64,000 bases of DNA from a virus (IMGVR_UViG_3300042318_000593:2856-66855); one strand, 5' to 3'. Positions 19,649 through 30,869 are shown, counted from the first letter of the stretch. The notes: generated by a model not told the origin, from the letters alone. Numbers and translations: made by a program.

Positions 19649-21283
19649 ATGAACATACAAGATTTAGTTTATGACGTTATAGTAGAAGAGGTTAAAAATA
19701 AGAAGCTATTTAACTTTCTATTAAAAAAATGGTTTGGTGATAATCCAACACCAGAACAAATACAACAAGCTGAGGCCGATTTAACATTATTCATGGAAAA
19801 ACAAAAAAGTTTAACCGTGAATAATCCAGCTGTCTATACTTTTTTAATGAGACACGACGGTACTCGTGGTCTCCCCGCATTTGATCCGTCTAAATTAATG
19901 GACATTAGTCAATATAGTTTAGAAGAAATTGAATCTTTACTACACGAATTTAGAGATGCGGTATTAACCGCAGGTGAAGAAGATGAATTTAAAGGTAAAT
20001 TAACATCTGACGACAAAAAAATCTCCGCATCTAAAAAATTATGGTCAAGTGATAGAGACGTAATCATTAATGAAGAAGGATTTAAAGTACACTATGTATC
20101 TGACGCTAGAGAATCAATTAAATACGGATTTTACCAACAAGCGATGGCCGAAAAACACGGAGGACTTCAATGGTGTGTAACGGGTAGAAATACGTCAGAT
20201 TCTCGTTCTAATTTATGGGGAACATATAGACCAAGAAGAACTTTTTGGTTTGTTATGGATGAATCTAAAAATCCTAAAGACAACCCAAATAAAGAAGTTT
20301 ATAGATATTACATATGTGCATTACAATATTGTGAACGCGATCAAGGTTATACCGGTTTCAAAATGACGAGTATGTTAAATGATGGTGACAATCCTAAAAC
20401 ATGGGAAGAGGTTACTAGAATATATCCACAATTAGTCGAACATAGAGATAAGTTTGAATATGTAAGATATGATGAGGCCGAATTATTCGACAGAAACATG
20501 GCCAATCGACTTACAGAAACTCCAGGAAGAAATGAATTTGCGGCCGCAAGAAGAGAATTAAAAAAGGCTTATTTAGACGGAGGTGGTGTAATATCAACTG
20601 AGAAGTCTTGGAAAAGTATGGATCCAAACCTTAGAAATTTATATATTTTAACAGTAACAGGAAGAGATGTTTTAGATAAATTTTCGTCATATGAATTAAT
20701 ATCGGCAATTAAAAAGGTGGGTAACGAATTTAGATTATTAGATAATACACTTAAATCTGTCGGTTCAAGACAAGATCAAAACGGAAGAACAATTAATCAA
20801 AGTTTAGCGGATTTAGGTGTTGCTTTCATTTATCAACATTTAATGGAAAATGAATTTATTACCGCTAGAACAAGTATTGATAATCCTAAGATTAGATTAT
20901 ATAAAAGTAAGAAGAATAAGAAAAATTTTGGTTTATATCATTTAGATAAAACAAATTGGGTTGTTTACGATGGAGTTATGTTTGAACCTCACTATACCGA
21001 ATCATCAACAATATTATACATCGATGATCAAGATAAATCATATTTAGTTGAGACATATGTGGTAGGTGAGAATGGTCCGATTGATAACCGTACTCTATAT
21101 TGTGTTTATCCTATTGATGAAGATAATGAATTGGCAGGTGGACACTTTATTGGTGCTAAAAAATGGTCGGAATTAGAAGGTACTAAAATGCATCCTAAAG
21201 ACGAAGAAAATGATGATGACGATTCACGTAGATTCAGTGATTTAGATCCTGAAACGGATGTAGATATAAAGGAAACATATTAA
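19649..21283 (+). CDS. putative head-internal protein with WC-motif (PcfJ-like) domain
   Basis: Leader MNIQDLVYDVIVEE; SIKYG...QWCVT. Confidence 0.5.
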   Translation: MNIQDLVYDVIVEEVKNKKLFNFLLKKWFGDNPTPEQIQQAEADLTLFMEKQKSLTVNNPAVYTFLMRHDGTRGLPAFDPSKLMDISQYSLEEIESLLHEFRDAVLTAGEEDEFKGKLTSDDKKISASKKLWSSDRDVIINEEGFKVHYVSDARESIKYGFYQQAMAEKHGGLQWCVTGRNTSDSRSNLWGTYRPRRTFWFVMDESKNPKDNPNKEVYRYYICALQYCERDQGYTGFKMTSMLNDGDNPKTWEEVTRIYPQLVEHRDKFEYVRYDEAELFDRNMANRLTETPGRNEFAAARRELKKAYLDGGGVISTEKSWKSMDPNLRNLYILTVTGRDVLDKFSSYELISAIKKVGNEFRLLDNTLKSVGSRQDQNGRTINQSLADLGVAFIYQHLMENEFITARTSIDNPKIRLYKSKKNKKNFGLYHLDKTNWVVYDGVMFEPHYTESSTILYIDDQDKSYLVETYVVGENGPIDNRTLYCVYPIDEDNELAGGHFIGAKKWSELEGTKMHPKDEENDDDDSRRFSDLDPETDVDIKETY

Positions 21284-21286
21284 ATG

Positions 21287-21314
21287 AAAAAGGGACTATA
21301 AAGTCCCTTTTTTT
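21287..21314. terminator. bidirectional terminator
   Basis: AAAAAGGGACT-ATAA-AGTCCCTTTTTT. Confidence 0.7.
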
Positions 21315-22155
21315 ATGATAGTAATGAATAATATTCTTTAAAATGTTTAATACGATCTGCAAGACCTATTGTTCCACCATTTACTCTTTTTGTGATTTTA
21401 GTTACAACTGTATCAGATGAACCTTCATCAGCCATCTTATGTAAACCGTTCTTAGAGAAGAACCAAGCCGCAGATAATAATGCATAATCCGATGCGACTT
21501 TATCCGGATTTGAAACCATATCCTCATTTATTGATTTACCAAATGCAGTATAGTTATCCTTTCCAGTCAACTGAATATATCCACGACCGCAGAATTTAGA
21601 TCCTTCACCACTTGATTCAGGACCATTACCCATTCTACCTCCGTAAACTTTATTTGCAATTTTTGCGGGTTGTCTTTCGTATGGTTTTGCTGCGGCTTCA
21701 GTAGGGAAATATTTTTTAAATGTCCCTGTAAGACCCTTAGCAGAATAGTTAAGATTTTCTTTAGTTAATCTAAATCCACCTGATTCATGACCACACTGAG
21801 CTAAGAAATGTGCTAATCTTAATGGGGTATTGATTTGGAATTTAGCTGCAGTATCAGGAATTTGTTTGATTACCGCATCAGGAATATGACCTTTCAATTT
21901 CTCTAATTTTAAACCACCGATATTTGCAACGGGTGCTGGTTCAGTAATTACCGTCGGTGCACTTACAGTACCTTCAGTAAATAACTTACTCCAAGTACCA
22001 TCACCAACAATACCGTCCGCAGTTAAACCGTTTGATGATTGCCAGTTTTTTACCGCAGCTTCGGTTTTTGGTCCAAATTTACCTATTGGGTCTACACCCA
22101 ATTTAATTTGAAGTTTTTTTACCTCTTCTCCTTCTGATCCTAATTTTAATAACAT
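21313..22155 (-). CDS. endolysin: peptidoglycan-binding domain plus GH19 (chitinase-like) muramidase
   Basis: LKLGSEG...DGIVG PG_binding_1; HFLAQCGHESGGF, ENLNYS, GRGYIQLTG, ITKRVNGG. Confidence 0.9.
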   Translation of the reverse strand: MLLKLGSEGEEVKKLQIKLGVDPIGKFGPKTEAAVKNWQSSNGLTADGIVGDGTWSKLFTEGTVSAPTVITEPAPVANIGGLKLEKLKGHIPDAVIKQIPDTAAKFQINTPLRLAHFLAQCGHESGGFRLTKENLNYSAKGLTGTFKKYFPTEAAAKPYERQPAKIANKVYGGRMGNGPESSGEGSKFCGRGYIQLTGKDNYTAFGKSINEDMVSNPDKVASDYALLSAAWFFSKNGLHKMADEGSSDTVVTKITKRVNGGTIGLADRIKHFKEYYSLLS

Positions 22156-22215
22156 AATTTTTCTATTTATATACTAATAAATACAACTTATCTTTTTAAA
22201 GTATTTATATATAAC

Positions 22216-23418
22216 ATGAAAAAAGTAATTTTAACGGAAGAACAGATTAAGAGGATGGTAGATAACTTGGTTATTAATGAACAAAATGTTGTGGTAGGTC
22301 AAAAAACTGATACGTCAACAACTGTAGAAAATAAAGTGTTCCCAATAACTCAATTAGGTGATAAATTTGAATTTGGTCAATATGATAGTCCTAATGTTAA
22401 AAACACAATTGAATCCTTAAAACCTCAAATAGAAAACTTCATTAAAGAAAGTGATTCAAGAGAATTTACTGTCAATATTGCAGCGGGAGAATCACAAGTA
22501 ACAAATCCAAAGGGGTTTGAAAAAAAAGGTAGTTTGGCGTTGGCGAGAGCCAACTCGGTAAAGAAATATTTTGAGGAAATATTCTCCGACTTAATTAAAA
22601 ATGGTGTATTAAAAATTATTTCTCCTACGGATGTAAATCAAGTTAAAATTGGTGAGACTCAATATGGAGGACCTAAAAGTGGAGATAATAAAAATCCCGA
22701 AAAAATTGAATTATATAAAAATGAACAATTTGTTAATTTCAATATTGTTGGTGTTGGGTCAAGAAGTATAACAAAAACAACCAAAACTGATTTAATATGT
22801 AATTTTGTAAATAGCGCGAAAGGTGGGGTTGCAAAATTAGTAAATGATTTTTTATATAATACAAATCAAGACGGTACCGGTCCAAACACATTTGATGTTA
22901 GTAGTTTACCTGATGGAAGTAAAATTAGAGTCATTTTCAACACGTTCACAATTCCAGATTTAATGACAATTCAAATGGGAAGTTATTCATATAATACTGG
23001 ATTTTTAGGTAGTAGACAGAATGGAATGTCAAATGATTTGGCAACAACATTAGGTAATGCTTATTTAACACGTGGAAAAGAAATACCTCCACAATATCCA
23101 CAAAATATTGTTAGAGCAAATCCCGAAACATCAAGAGAATATATTAGATTATTAAATGACGAAGATTATAGAGAATATTTTGGACATATTTTTCCTAACG
23201 GAGTACCAAGAAAAAAAGATTTAATAGTTTACCTTTTCGATCAAGATCCTATTAAATCTTATGATAGTACATTTACCACACAAAATAGTAAGGGTAATTT
23301 AGATGGGTCGGGTGCAATAATTGATTTAGTAAAAAAAGCGGGAGATACAATATTAAAAATTAATATTTATAGTCCACTTGGTGCAACTAAGTGGAGATTA
23401 GAAACTAAGTGTATATAA
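22216..23418 (+). CDS. putative head-internal protein with OmpA-like domain
   Basis: Leader MKKVILTEEQIKRMVDNLVINE; AGESQVTN...LALARANSVKKY. Confidence 0.5.
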   Translation: MKKVILTEEQIKRMVDNLVINEQNVVVGQKTDTSTTVENKVFPITQLGDKFEFGQYDSPNVKNTIESLKPQIENFIKESDSREFTVNIAAGESQVTNPKGFEKKGSLALARANSVKKYFEEIFSDLIKNGVLKIISPTDVNQVKIGETQYGGPKSGDNKNPEKIELYKNEQFVNFNIVGVGSRSITKTTKTDLICNFVNSAKGGVAKLVNDFLYNTNQDGTGPNTFDVSSLPDGSKIRVIFNTFTIPDLMTIQMGSYSYNTGFLGSRQNGMSNDLATTLGNAYLTRGKEIPPQYPQNIVRANPETSREYIRLLNDEDYREYFGHIFPNGVPRKKDLIVYLFDQDPIKSYDSTFTTQNSKGNLDGSGAIIDLVKKAGDTILKINIYSPLGATKWRLETKCI

Positions 23419-23531
23419 AAAGTAGTGTCTTTTTGTTTTTTATTTTCATCGTAAAAAATGGTCATCGTTGATTTATTCTGAATTGAACTAAATCAATATC
23501 CTGTTATTTGTATAATTATATTTTAATTATA

Positions 23532-24131
23532 CTATTTGTTATGTGTCCCACAATAAGGACATATAGGTAACGATTTCTTGTTTTTGTGTGCTGTTTGGGT
23601 AAATTTCTTTCTACAATTCATACAAGTTAAGAATTTTGCGTCTTTGTCTTTTTCGTTTTGTTTTTTATATAATTCTATACTTCTTAGTATTTGATTGTAT
23701 TTGTCGTCAGTTAATTGAAATTGACCCACTTCATTCCACCATTTAACTGAGTTATTTTTTGGGAAGTGTATAGCCTGTCTAACCCATTCTTGACCTGATT
23801 CAGGATGTTCAACATTCCATAGTGTTATTACATTTGTATCATGTTCCCAATTTGGTTCAACTCTTTCACCATTAGTATGAGGTTCAGTAATCCAAACAAT
23901 ACGTTTACTAACCAAATCAAAAAAATTTAATATTTTTCTTTCATTAGTTTTTTCATTTTCTTCCTCAATCCTATCTACGAATTTATATCTTAAAGGGTTA
24001 GACATTCTTTCAGGTTTACTGAATAATCTTTTTTTTCGTGTAAACGCAAAACTACGACTTCTCTCATCTATATCTTTATTAACCGACTTCTTTAAATTCT
24101 CTAATTGACCTTCCGATAATAATATTCTCAC
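23532..24131 (-). CDS. putative head-internal protein with C-terminal zinc ribbon
   Basis: GTG start; leader MRILLSEGQLENLKK; CMNC...CPYC. Confidence 0.55.
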   Translation of the reverse strand: MRILLSEGQLENLKKSVNKDIDERSRSFAFTRKKRLFSKPERMSNPLRYKFVDRIEEENEKTNERKILNFFDLVSKRIVWITEPHTNGERVEPNWEHDTNVITLWNVEHPESGQEWVRQAIHFPKNNSVKWWNEVGQFQLTDDKYNQILRSIELYKKQNEKDKDAKFLTCMNCRKKFTQTAHKNKKSLPICPYCGTHNK

Positions 24132-24174
24132 AAAACTTGTTTCTTATAAATATTTGATCTATCAATAAAGTAAA

Positions 24175-25521
24175 TTAAATAAATTCCTTTAAAATATCAC
24201 CATTTAGAAATTTAAGTATCTTTATACTCTCATTAGTATTATACCCATACGATAAGAACTTTTCCTGATTAAATTTACAAATGTCTTTAACATTGTTTAA
24301 AAATTCAATCTTTTCTTCCTTTGTTTTTTTTGAGAACTTATCAATCTCTAATTCTATCATTTTAATTCTTTGATAATCGTCATCAATATCATCGTAACTT
24401 TCATCAATATATGGGTGAAATGTCATATAACCATACTCATTTTTTATATGTTTTAATGATTTAGATGGACCAACTAAAATAAATGGATGACAATGTCCTA
24501 TTGGTTTCCAAATTTTTTCAGATAAAAATCCTGTTGGGAATTTAACGTCTGGTTGAAAAAATATTGATTCTGTGACTATACTAATATATGTATCCAAATA
24601 CATTTCTTTATTTTCATGACCAATACCTTTAACATTAATTAAATCATCAACATCGATAGTTTTAGATGTATTTGTAATTAATTCAATAAATTCTAAATTA
24701 TGATCATGTTCTATTAGTCTATTAATTAAATTTTGATCATAATAACTTTTTTCCCAAGAAACTAAACTATTATCTAAACCTAATCTATGTAACTTATTCA
24801 ATAAAATAAGTCTATGTAATTTCCAATGTCTTGTAAGTAATAAAAAATCTTTTTTGTCTTTACCAATACTTGATTGAAAATCATAAAAATTGACTATACT
24901 ATTGTTTGACTTTCCATTTTTTATTACTTCATTAAATTCGGTCGATTTAAATTTCATATAGAAATCATAATTCAAAATATTATAATTTACATTAAGATTT
25001 TTAAAATTTTCCAATAACTTAAAATCAGAAAATACTAAATAAACTTTTTCGTCGGAAATTCCTTTCCCTCTCGTATAATTCACTATCCTTTGGAAATTTT
25101 CGGTTGTTATTCCCAATCCTCCATCAATTGTGTAGTTGATCAATAACTTACCATCATAATTTACAATTTCATCGATTGCAACATCTGATATGAAATCTAA
25201 TGCAAATTTATTATGTACCGGATGTTTACCAAAAAAAGAATCAAGACCTGAATGAGGTTCAATAATGTAGAACCAAGGATAGTTTTTACCATTTTTTCTA
25301 TCATTAACGATATCTAATAAGGATTTTTTATGTGAGAAGTTATTGTAATCATTACTATTAAAAACACAATAATCTACCCCCCATTTTTCATTAAAGTATG
25401 AGTACGACTTATTATATACAAATTTAGTTGCTTCGTAAATTGTCGGTATAAACTTAGGATCTAAACAATTTGGTAACACCCCGTTATATGTTACAATATC
25501 GTAACCTAAAATAATATTCAT
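24175..25521 (-). CDS. putative glycosyltransferase-like protein
   Basis: ISIVTES...FLSEKIWKPI...HPFILVG...DESYD, a GT10-like C-terminal signature. Confidence 0.5.
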   Translation of the reverse strand: MNIILGYDIVTYNGVLPNCLDPKFIPTIYEATKFVYNKSYSYFNEKWGVDYCVFNSNDYNNFSHKKSLLDIVNDRKNGKNYPWFYIIEPHSGLDSFFGKHPVHNKFALDFISDVAIDEIVNYDGKLLINYTIDGGLGITTENFQRIVNYTRGKGISDEKVYLVFSDFKLLENFKNLNVNYNILNYDFYMKFKSTEFNEVIKNGKSNNSIVNFYDFQSSIGKDKKDFLLLTRHWKLHRLILLNKLHRLGLDNSLVSWEKSYYDQNLINRLIEHDHNLEFIELITNTSKTIDVDDLINVKGIGHENKEMYLDTYISIVTESIFFQPDVKFPTGFLSEKIWKPIGHCHPFILVGPSKSLKHIKNEYGYMTFHPYIDESYDDIDDDYQRIKMIELEIDKFSKKTKEEKIEFLNNVKDICKFNQEKFLSYGYNTNESIKILKFLNGDILKEFI

Positions 25522-25540
25522 TAATGTAATATATAGAAAA

Positions 25541-27388
25541 TTACTTAGAAACTAAAGTAATCAGTTTTAATTTAGATTCCTTTAAATCCAATTCATAATT
25601 GGTGCAGTACTTTGGTAAATTTTCAACTTTAACATCCCTGTTATAAAAAACTTGATTATTATCTTTATTAACAAAATCAATTTTAACTGTACCTTTTTCA
25701 CAATCAATATGTGTAGATCTAATAATAACTTTAGCATGGTCGTTTTCAAATCTGTTGGATTCTTTAAATAAAGTTTTTATTATATAATTTAGTTGTTTTC
25801 TTAATTCAATACAACGTGTATTACTATCAGGGTTATCTATTAATTTATTAAAATACTCATCTGTACGTTTTGTGATATAATTATTATCCCCATATTTTGG
25901 TAATGTCATTTCATAATTATAAATTGGTTCTTCAATTTCCGTTGTTAGTCTATAATGACTAATATAACTGTCTGTCATATCTCGTAATGTCCAATCAAAC
26001 TCTTCACCAATACCTCTTATATTTCTTTTAATTAAAAATTGTACCAAAAAAACAATTGAAAAATTAAGTTCATCACTACCACTACCAAATGATAAGTATT
26101 TTTCCATGGAGTCAGCCTCTTTATCATTTTCAGATTCATAACTTGCGTGTGATAAATCTGTGACGTCATCAATAAAGTAATCTTTTAAATTTTCATCTTC
26201 GGCGTAATTATCAAAAAAATCTGTTTTAAATTGATCATATGTAGTAACCCCTAACTCTTCACGTAATACATTTTTATTATCTTCATAGTATTTTTTAAAA
26301 ACCTCTTCTAAGTCACTGGCGTAATCTTCTTGATCATAGTATCTACCGTTTTCCAAATCACTATGTACCCATTCCCATCCATTATTACCCTCCATTCTAT
26401 ATTGATCAATTGTGTTGTTCACACCATCAGCATCACCTTCTAATTCATCAACTTGTATAATAAGTCTACCTCTATTAATATAAACCGCACCATCCCTATT
26501 TTCACCATCAATTAAATCTTCTAATTTATCATCATCACCATTTAATATTGCTTCAACCAATCCATTATCAATAACACCAATTGATTTTCTTAATATTGTC
26601 ATTCCATCCTCATCAGGTAATATTGATATTCTATTAACCTCATTTTTAATTTCTTCTTCATTTGTTTCTCTAACTAACGACGGGAAGAAATAGTTTTTAA
26701 TCTCATCTTTACCACCCCAAAACTCAACAAAATTTAACCTTTTATCTTTTGGGTCCATGAATTGATTTGTCTCAAAATGAAATTGGTACTTGTCTGTCGG
26801 GTTAGTTTTATTCATCATAATGAATAATGGACCTTGTTTGTGATGTCTTTCAAAATGATTATCCCTTTCTTGGTATTTTTTATTTAAACAATATTGACCC
26901 CAAGTAGTACACCACTCAGTACTAAATCCTAAATAAGCGGATCCCTTTTCGGTTAATGGTTGATAGAAATCCCAATCCTTACCTTCATGTAATAATTTGT
27001 AATCCTCATTTATTATTAATGCTTTAAGTATTTCGTTAAAATTTAAGGTATCTGAAATAATGTATTTTTGAACTATTTTATAAAGATCTCCTAAACTTTT
27101 TAATTTGTTTATGTCCAATGCAATATTGTGTAAATAAACATACCCCAAGTATTCCTCGGCCTTAACCAAATCCTCATCTCTTAATGTTCCTTTTAGATAA
27201 AAAGACAATAACATTTTTGCATATTTTCCTAATGATAACAATTCACCCGTACCATCGATATTGGTTTTGGGGTCGGCCATTACTATATCTAAAAAAGTCT
27301 CATATGGTATTTTTGAGTAATATTTCTGATATATCTCTTTACCACTTAACTCAAGTAATAGTTCTTCAAAAATGTTGTTAAAGTTCAT
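25541..27388 (-). CDS. putative head-internal protein with WC-motif domain
   Basis: Leader MNFNNIFEELLLE; YLGFSTEWCTT, KYQFHFETNQFMD; acidic C-terminal half. Confidence 0.55.
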   Translation of the reverse strand: MNFNNIFEELLLELSGKEIYQKYYSKIPYETFLDIVMADPKTNIDGTGELLSLGKYAKMLLSFYLKGTLRDEDLVKAEEYLGYVYLHNIALDINKLKSLGDLYKIVQKYIISDTLNFNEILKALIINEDYKLLHEGKDWDFYQPLTEKGSAYLGFSTEWCTTWGQYCLNKKYQERDNHFERHHKQGPLFIMMNKTNPTDKYQFHFETNQFMDPKDKRLNFVEFWGGKDEIKNYFFPSLVRETNEEEIKNEVNRISILPDEDGMTILRKSIGVIDNGLVEAILNGDDDKLEDLIDGENRDGAVYINRGRLIIQVDELEGDADGVNNTIDQYRMEGNNGWEWVHSDLENGRYYDQEDYASDLEEVFKKYYEDNKNVLREELGVTTYDQFKTDFFDNYAEDENLKDYFIDDVTDLSHASYESENDKEADSMEKYLSFGSGSDELNFSIVFLVQFLIKRNIRGIGEEFDWTLRDMTDSYISHYRLTTEIEEPIYNYEMTLPKYGDNNYITKRTDEYFNKLIDNPDSNTRCIELRKQLNYIIKTLFKESNRFENDHAKVIIRSTHIDCEKGTVKIDFVNKDNNQVFYNRDVKVENLPKYCTNYELDLKESKLKLITLVSK

Positions 27389-27448
27389 TGTATATAAATA
27401 TCCCTATAGATATAATAAAAAACCCCTCATTTCTGAAGGGTTCATTAA

Positions 27449-27910
27449 CTATTGTTTTGGTTTCTTTAAAAACCTATCAAATTCGGTTTTATATTGTTTA
27501 ATCGATTCGTTCATCATATCATCTTCTTTCATACCCATTTCATCCATAGATCTTCTTTTCTTCATACGTAATGGACCACGAAGGTTTTTATATGTACCAA
27601 ACATTCCTCTTGCTCGATCTACCTCACCTTTACCTGAATAATGTGAATGGAAATTAGGATAAGCACTATGTAATGTATCAAAATCATCATACGTTTCATC
27701 ATCATAGTCACCGTCAGGTAAATCTTGATATGTTTTATTTGAACTACCCGTCCAACCTATATTATCTTCACCGTGTTTTGCAAAATATTCTTCTTTTGAA
27801 GGTCCATCAAGTTCTTCATCCATATATCCTTCATTTTGTTCTTGAACTCTACTTTTATTTTCCACCAATCTTTTTAATTGGTCTTCTGTGATTTTAAATT
27901 TCTTTCCCAT
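27449..27910 (-). CDS. acidic putative head-internal protein
   Basis: Leader MGKKFKITEDQLKRLVE; several x-x-E sites. Confidence 0.55.
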   Translation of the reverse strand: MGKKFKITEDQLKRLVENKSRVQEQNEGYMDEELDGPSKEEYFAKHGEDNIGWTGSSNKTYQDLPDGDYDDETYDDFDTLHSAYPNFHSHYSGKGEVDRARGMFGTYKNLRGPLRMKKRRSMDEMGMKEDDMMNESIKQYKTEFDRFLKKPKQ

Positions 27911-27970
27911 TTTATCTGTGTTTCTATATAAATACTTGGATTTTAGATATAGTTTAGTTATATTATATTC

Positions 27971-28729
27971 ATGCCGTTAATTAACTTAAATAAAAAATAT
28001 GATAAGTTTGTAACATTTGGTTGTTCTTATTCAAATGGTCACAAAATTGGGGAAACGGGATCATGGGGGTATCACTTATCAAAATTACTTAATTGTGAAC
28101 ATTATAATTATGGATTTAATGGATCGTCAAATAACCTTATAATGGACAACGTGGTTAAATTTTGTGAGTCTAATGACACTAATAATGTGTGTTTAGGGGT
28201 TCAATGGAGTGAGTGGAGTCGTCGTGAATTTTGGGTTGAGTCTGAAATGAAATATAAGTCATTTAATGTTCCATCATTAGAACGACTTGAATCTATGAAA
28301 AATGATTCTCCCGAATTATATTTTTTTAGAGATAACCAAGATTTTTTTGTTTCACTATGGTTTGATTATAAAGAAAATATTTTAAGAACAATTCAATCAA
28401 TGATTTTAACCAAGAATTACCTTGACAATAAAAATATTGATTATATTATGTTTGAGGGGTTAGGATCTATATTAGATATGTTCTACCCAAATAAAGAACA
28501 TATATCGGGACATAACGATTTAGTCCTATTATCAGATGAATTTAAATTAAAAATATTAAATGATAAGTGTTTTTTTAATAAATTAGGTGACATGAGAACC
28601 CTTATGAAAATTCACCCACTATATGAAGATATAAATGATGGTCACCCTAATCCTAAATTTTTAGAGTGGTGGTGTTTAGAAATGTATAACGATATAAAAG
28701 AAAAATATGGAAAAACCAATAGTAATTAA
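27971..28729 (+). CDS. SGNH-hydrolase-like protein
   Basis: FGCSYS, GSSN, DGHPN. Confidence 0.6.
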   Translation: MPLINLNKKYDKFVTFGCSYSNGHKIGETGSWGYHLSKLLNCEHYNYGFNGSSNNLIMDNVVKFCESNDTNNVCLGVQWSEWSRREFWVESEMKYKSFNVPSLERLESMKNDSPELYFFRDNQDFFVSLWFDYKENILRTIQSMILTKNYLDNKNIDYIMFEGLGSILDMFYPNKEHISGHNDLVLLSDEFKLKILNDKCFFNKLGDMRTLMKIHPLYEDINDGHPNPKFLEWWCLEMYNDIKEKYGKTNSN

Positions 28730-29093
28730 CGCATTAGAAACCGAAGGATGTTGTGTTCCAAAAGGTTGGGGCGACGAAATTATAATTGAGAATAATGAAA
28801 TGTATTGTGGTAAACTTTTAAGGTTTAAACAAGGTGCGAAGTTTTCAATGCATTATCATATGATTAAAGATGAAACTTGGTACGTGGATAAAGGTGAGTT
28901 TATCTACAGATGGATAGATACGGAAACGGCAGAAACGATTGAACAACAATTAGGGGTTGGAGATACAGTTAGACAAAGACCAGGTCAACCCCATCAATTG
29001 GAGGCATTAACAGACGGTGTGGTGTTTGAAGTATCCACAGAACATAAAGACACAGATTCATACAGAGTATGGAAAGGTGATAGTCAAAAGTAA
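28707..29093 (+). CDS. cupin-domain sugar isomerase-like protein
   Basis: KGWG, SMHYHMIKDETWYV, PHQL, EVSTEH. Confidence 0.8.
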   Translation: MEKPIVINALETEGCCVPKGWGDEIIIENNEMYCGKLLRFKQGAKFSMHYHMIKDETWYVDKGEFIYRWIDTETAETIEQQLGVGDTVRQRPGQPHQLEALTDGVVFEVSTEHKDTDSYRVWKGDSQK

Positions 29094-29096
29094 AAT

Positions 29097-29855
29097 ATGA
29101 AAATAACAGTAATAGGTGAATTTTGTACGGATATATTCGTATATGGTGAAACAAAGAGATTAAGTCCTGAAGCTCCCGTCCCTGTTTTTAATCCATTATA
29201 TGTGGAAAGAAATTTTGGAATGGCTGGAAATGTAGTTGAAAATTTGAAGTCGTTAGATCAAGATGTAACGATTAAACATCTACATCAATTTCAACCAATT
29301 AAGAAGACAAGATATGTGGATGATAAATCTAATCATATGTTTATTAGAGTTGATGAGGGTGAGGAAACAATTACACCTTTGGAATTGACTGATGATGTAA
29401 TTGATGAAATAAAAGAATCTGACGCAATTATTGTAAGTGATTACAATAAGGGATACTTGAACGAAAAAATATTATTAGAAGTTGCATATCATTCTCGTTT
29501 TATTGTCATGGATACAAAGAAAAAAATAGGTAATAAAGTTTTATCTAGTTTCAATTTTATTAAATTGAATGAATCTGAATTTTTAAAACACGATTTTGAT
29601 GCATGTTGGTCAAACAAAATATTGGTTACGTTAGGATCAAAAGGAGCAAAATATATGGATACCATATACCCGTCACCTGATCCTCGTGAAACTATTGACG
29701 TTAGTGGTGCTGGTGATACATTTACAGCATCGTTTACCGTAAAATATTTGGAAACTAAAAACGTTGAGGAGTCAATAATTTACGCAAATAAAATGGCATC
29801 AATCGTTGTACAGAAAAGAGGGGTGAGTGTACCAATAACAAGACAAAAAAAATAG
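29097..29855 (+). CDS. D-glycero-D-manno-heptose-7-phosphate kinase (HldE/RfaE kinase domain, PfkB family)
   Basis: RLSPEAPVPV, SDYNKG, DVSGAGDTF. Confidence 0.85.
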   Translation: MKITVIGEFCTDIFVYGETKRLSPEAPVPVFNPLYVERNFGMAGNVVENLKSLDQDVTIKHLHQFQPIKKTRYVDDKSNHMFIRVDEGEETITPLELTDDVIDEIKESDAIIVSDYNKGYLNEKILLEVAYHSRFIVMDTKKKIGNKVLSSFNFIKLNESEFLKHDFDACWSNKILVTLGSKGAKYMDTIYPSPDPRETIDVSGAGDTFTASFTVKYLETKNVEESIIYANKMASIVVQKRGVSVPITRQKK

Positions 29856-29857
29856 TT

Positions 29858-30670
29858 ATGAAAATTTTAATAACAGGAACAAATGGGTTTATTGGGAAAA
29901 ACTTATTAAATGAGTTAAAAGACCAACACGAAATATTAGAAATTAATGAAGATATTTTTAATGTTGCCGATTGGTATAATGAAATATATTTTAAATTAAA
30001 TAAGTTCGATCCTGAAGTGGTATTTCACGTTGGTGCGTGTTCAGATACATTAGAAACTGATGTTAATTACATGATGACACGGAACTTTGAATTTACCCGT
30101 AGAGTTGCAGAATGGTGTCAGTTACTGGATAAAAAGTTTATTTATTCCTCCTCTGCCGCCAATTATGGGACAAATGAAGAATATCCATCAAATCTTTATG
30201 GATGGAGTAAATATGTTGCTGAACAGTACGTTGTTAAATGTGGTGGTATTGGTTTACGTTATTTTAACGTTTACGGTCCATTAGAAGACCAAAAAGGGAA
30301 GATGGCATCCGTGGCGTATCAAATGTTGGAAAAACAAAAAGAAGGTCAGGAAATCAAGTTATTCCCCAAAAAACCACAAAGAGACTTCGTCTATGTTAAA
30401 GATATTATAAATGCCAATTTATTTGCATTAGAAAACTATGACGATAATAGAGGTCAATGGTATGAAGTTGGCAGTGGTGACGCGAGAACATTTGAAGATG
30501 TTTTGGATATATTGAAAATTGAATACACCTACCATAATGAAAAAGATATCCCTGAAGGATATCAATTTCATACTAAAAGTAATTCTGAAAATTGGATGGT
30601 CGGTTGGCAACCACAATTCAATTTAGAAAAAGGTCTTAAAGATTATTTAAATTTTTTAATATATAACTAA
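29858..30670 (+). CDS. hldD: ADP-L-glycero-D-manno-heptose 6-epimerase-like
   Basis: GTNGFIG, HVGACSDT, YSSSAANYG, YGWSK, LRYFNVYGP, KGKMASV, RDFVYV. Confidence 0.8.
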   Translation: MKILITGTNGFIGKNLLNELKDQHEILEINEDIFNVADWYNEIYFKLNKFDPEVVFHVGACSDTLETDVNYMMTRNFEFTRRVAEWCQLLDKKFIYSSSAANYGTNEEYPSNLYGWSKYVAEQYVVKCGGIGLRYFNVYGPLEDQKGKMASVAYQMLEKQKEGQEIKLFPKKPQRDFVYVKDIINANLFALENYDDNRGQWYEVGSGDARTFEDVLDILKIEYTYHNEKDIPEGYQFHTKSNSENWMVGWQPQFNLEKGLKDYLNFLIYN

Positions 30671-30671
30671 A

Positions 30672-30869
30672 TTAAGCAGTTGGTACGTGTCTCTCTAAAA
30701 GAACGTATTTACTTTTAAATTCAAGTTCTGATCCCGCTTCATTTGGGGTATACTCTTGATGTGTTTCCAACCAAGCAATAGCATCTTCTTTATTTGTAAT
30801 ATGTTCAGTACCAAGTGCCGGAGTATTTTCTCCAGGTAAGGTGATTGCAATAAATGTTGTCTCTTCCAT
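30672..30869 (-). CDS. hypothetical protein
   Basis: 65 aa ORF; TATTTATA upstream. Confidence 0.55.
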   Translation of the reverse strand: MEETTFIAITLPGENTPALGTEHITNKEDAIAWLETHQEYTPNEAGSELEFKSKYVLLERHVPTA

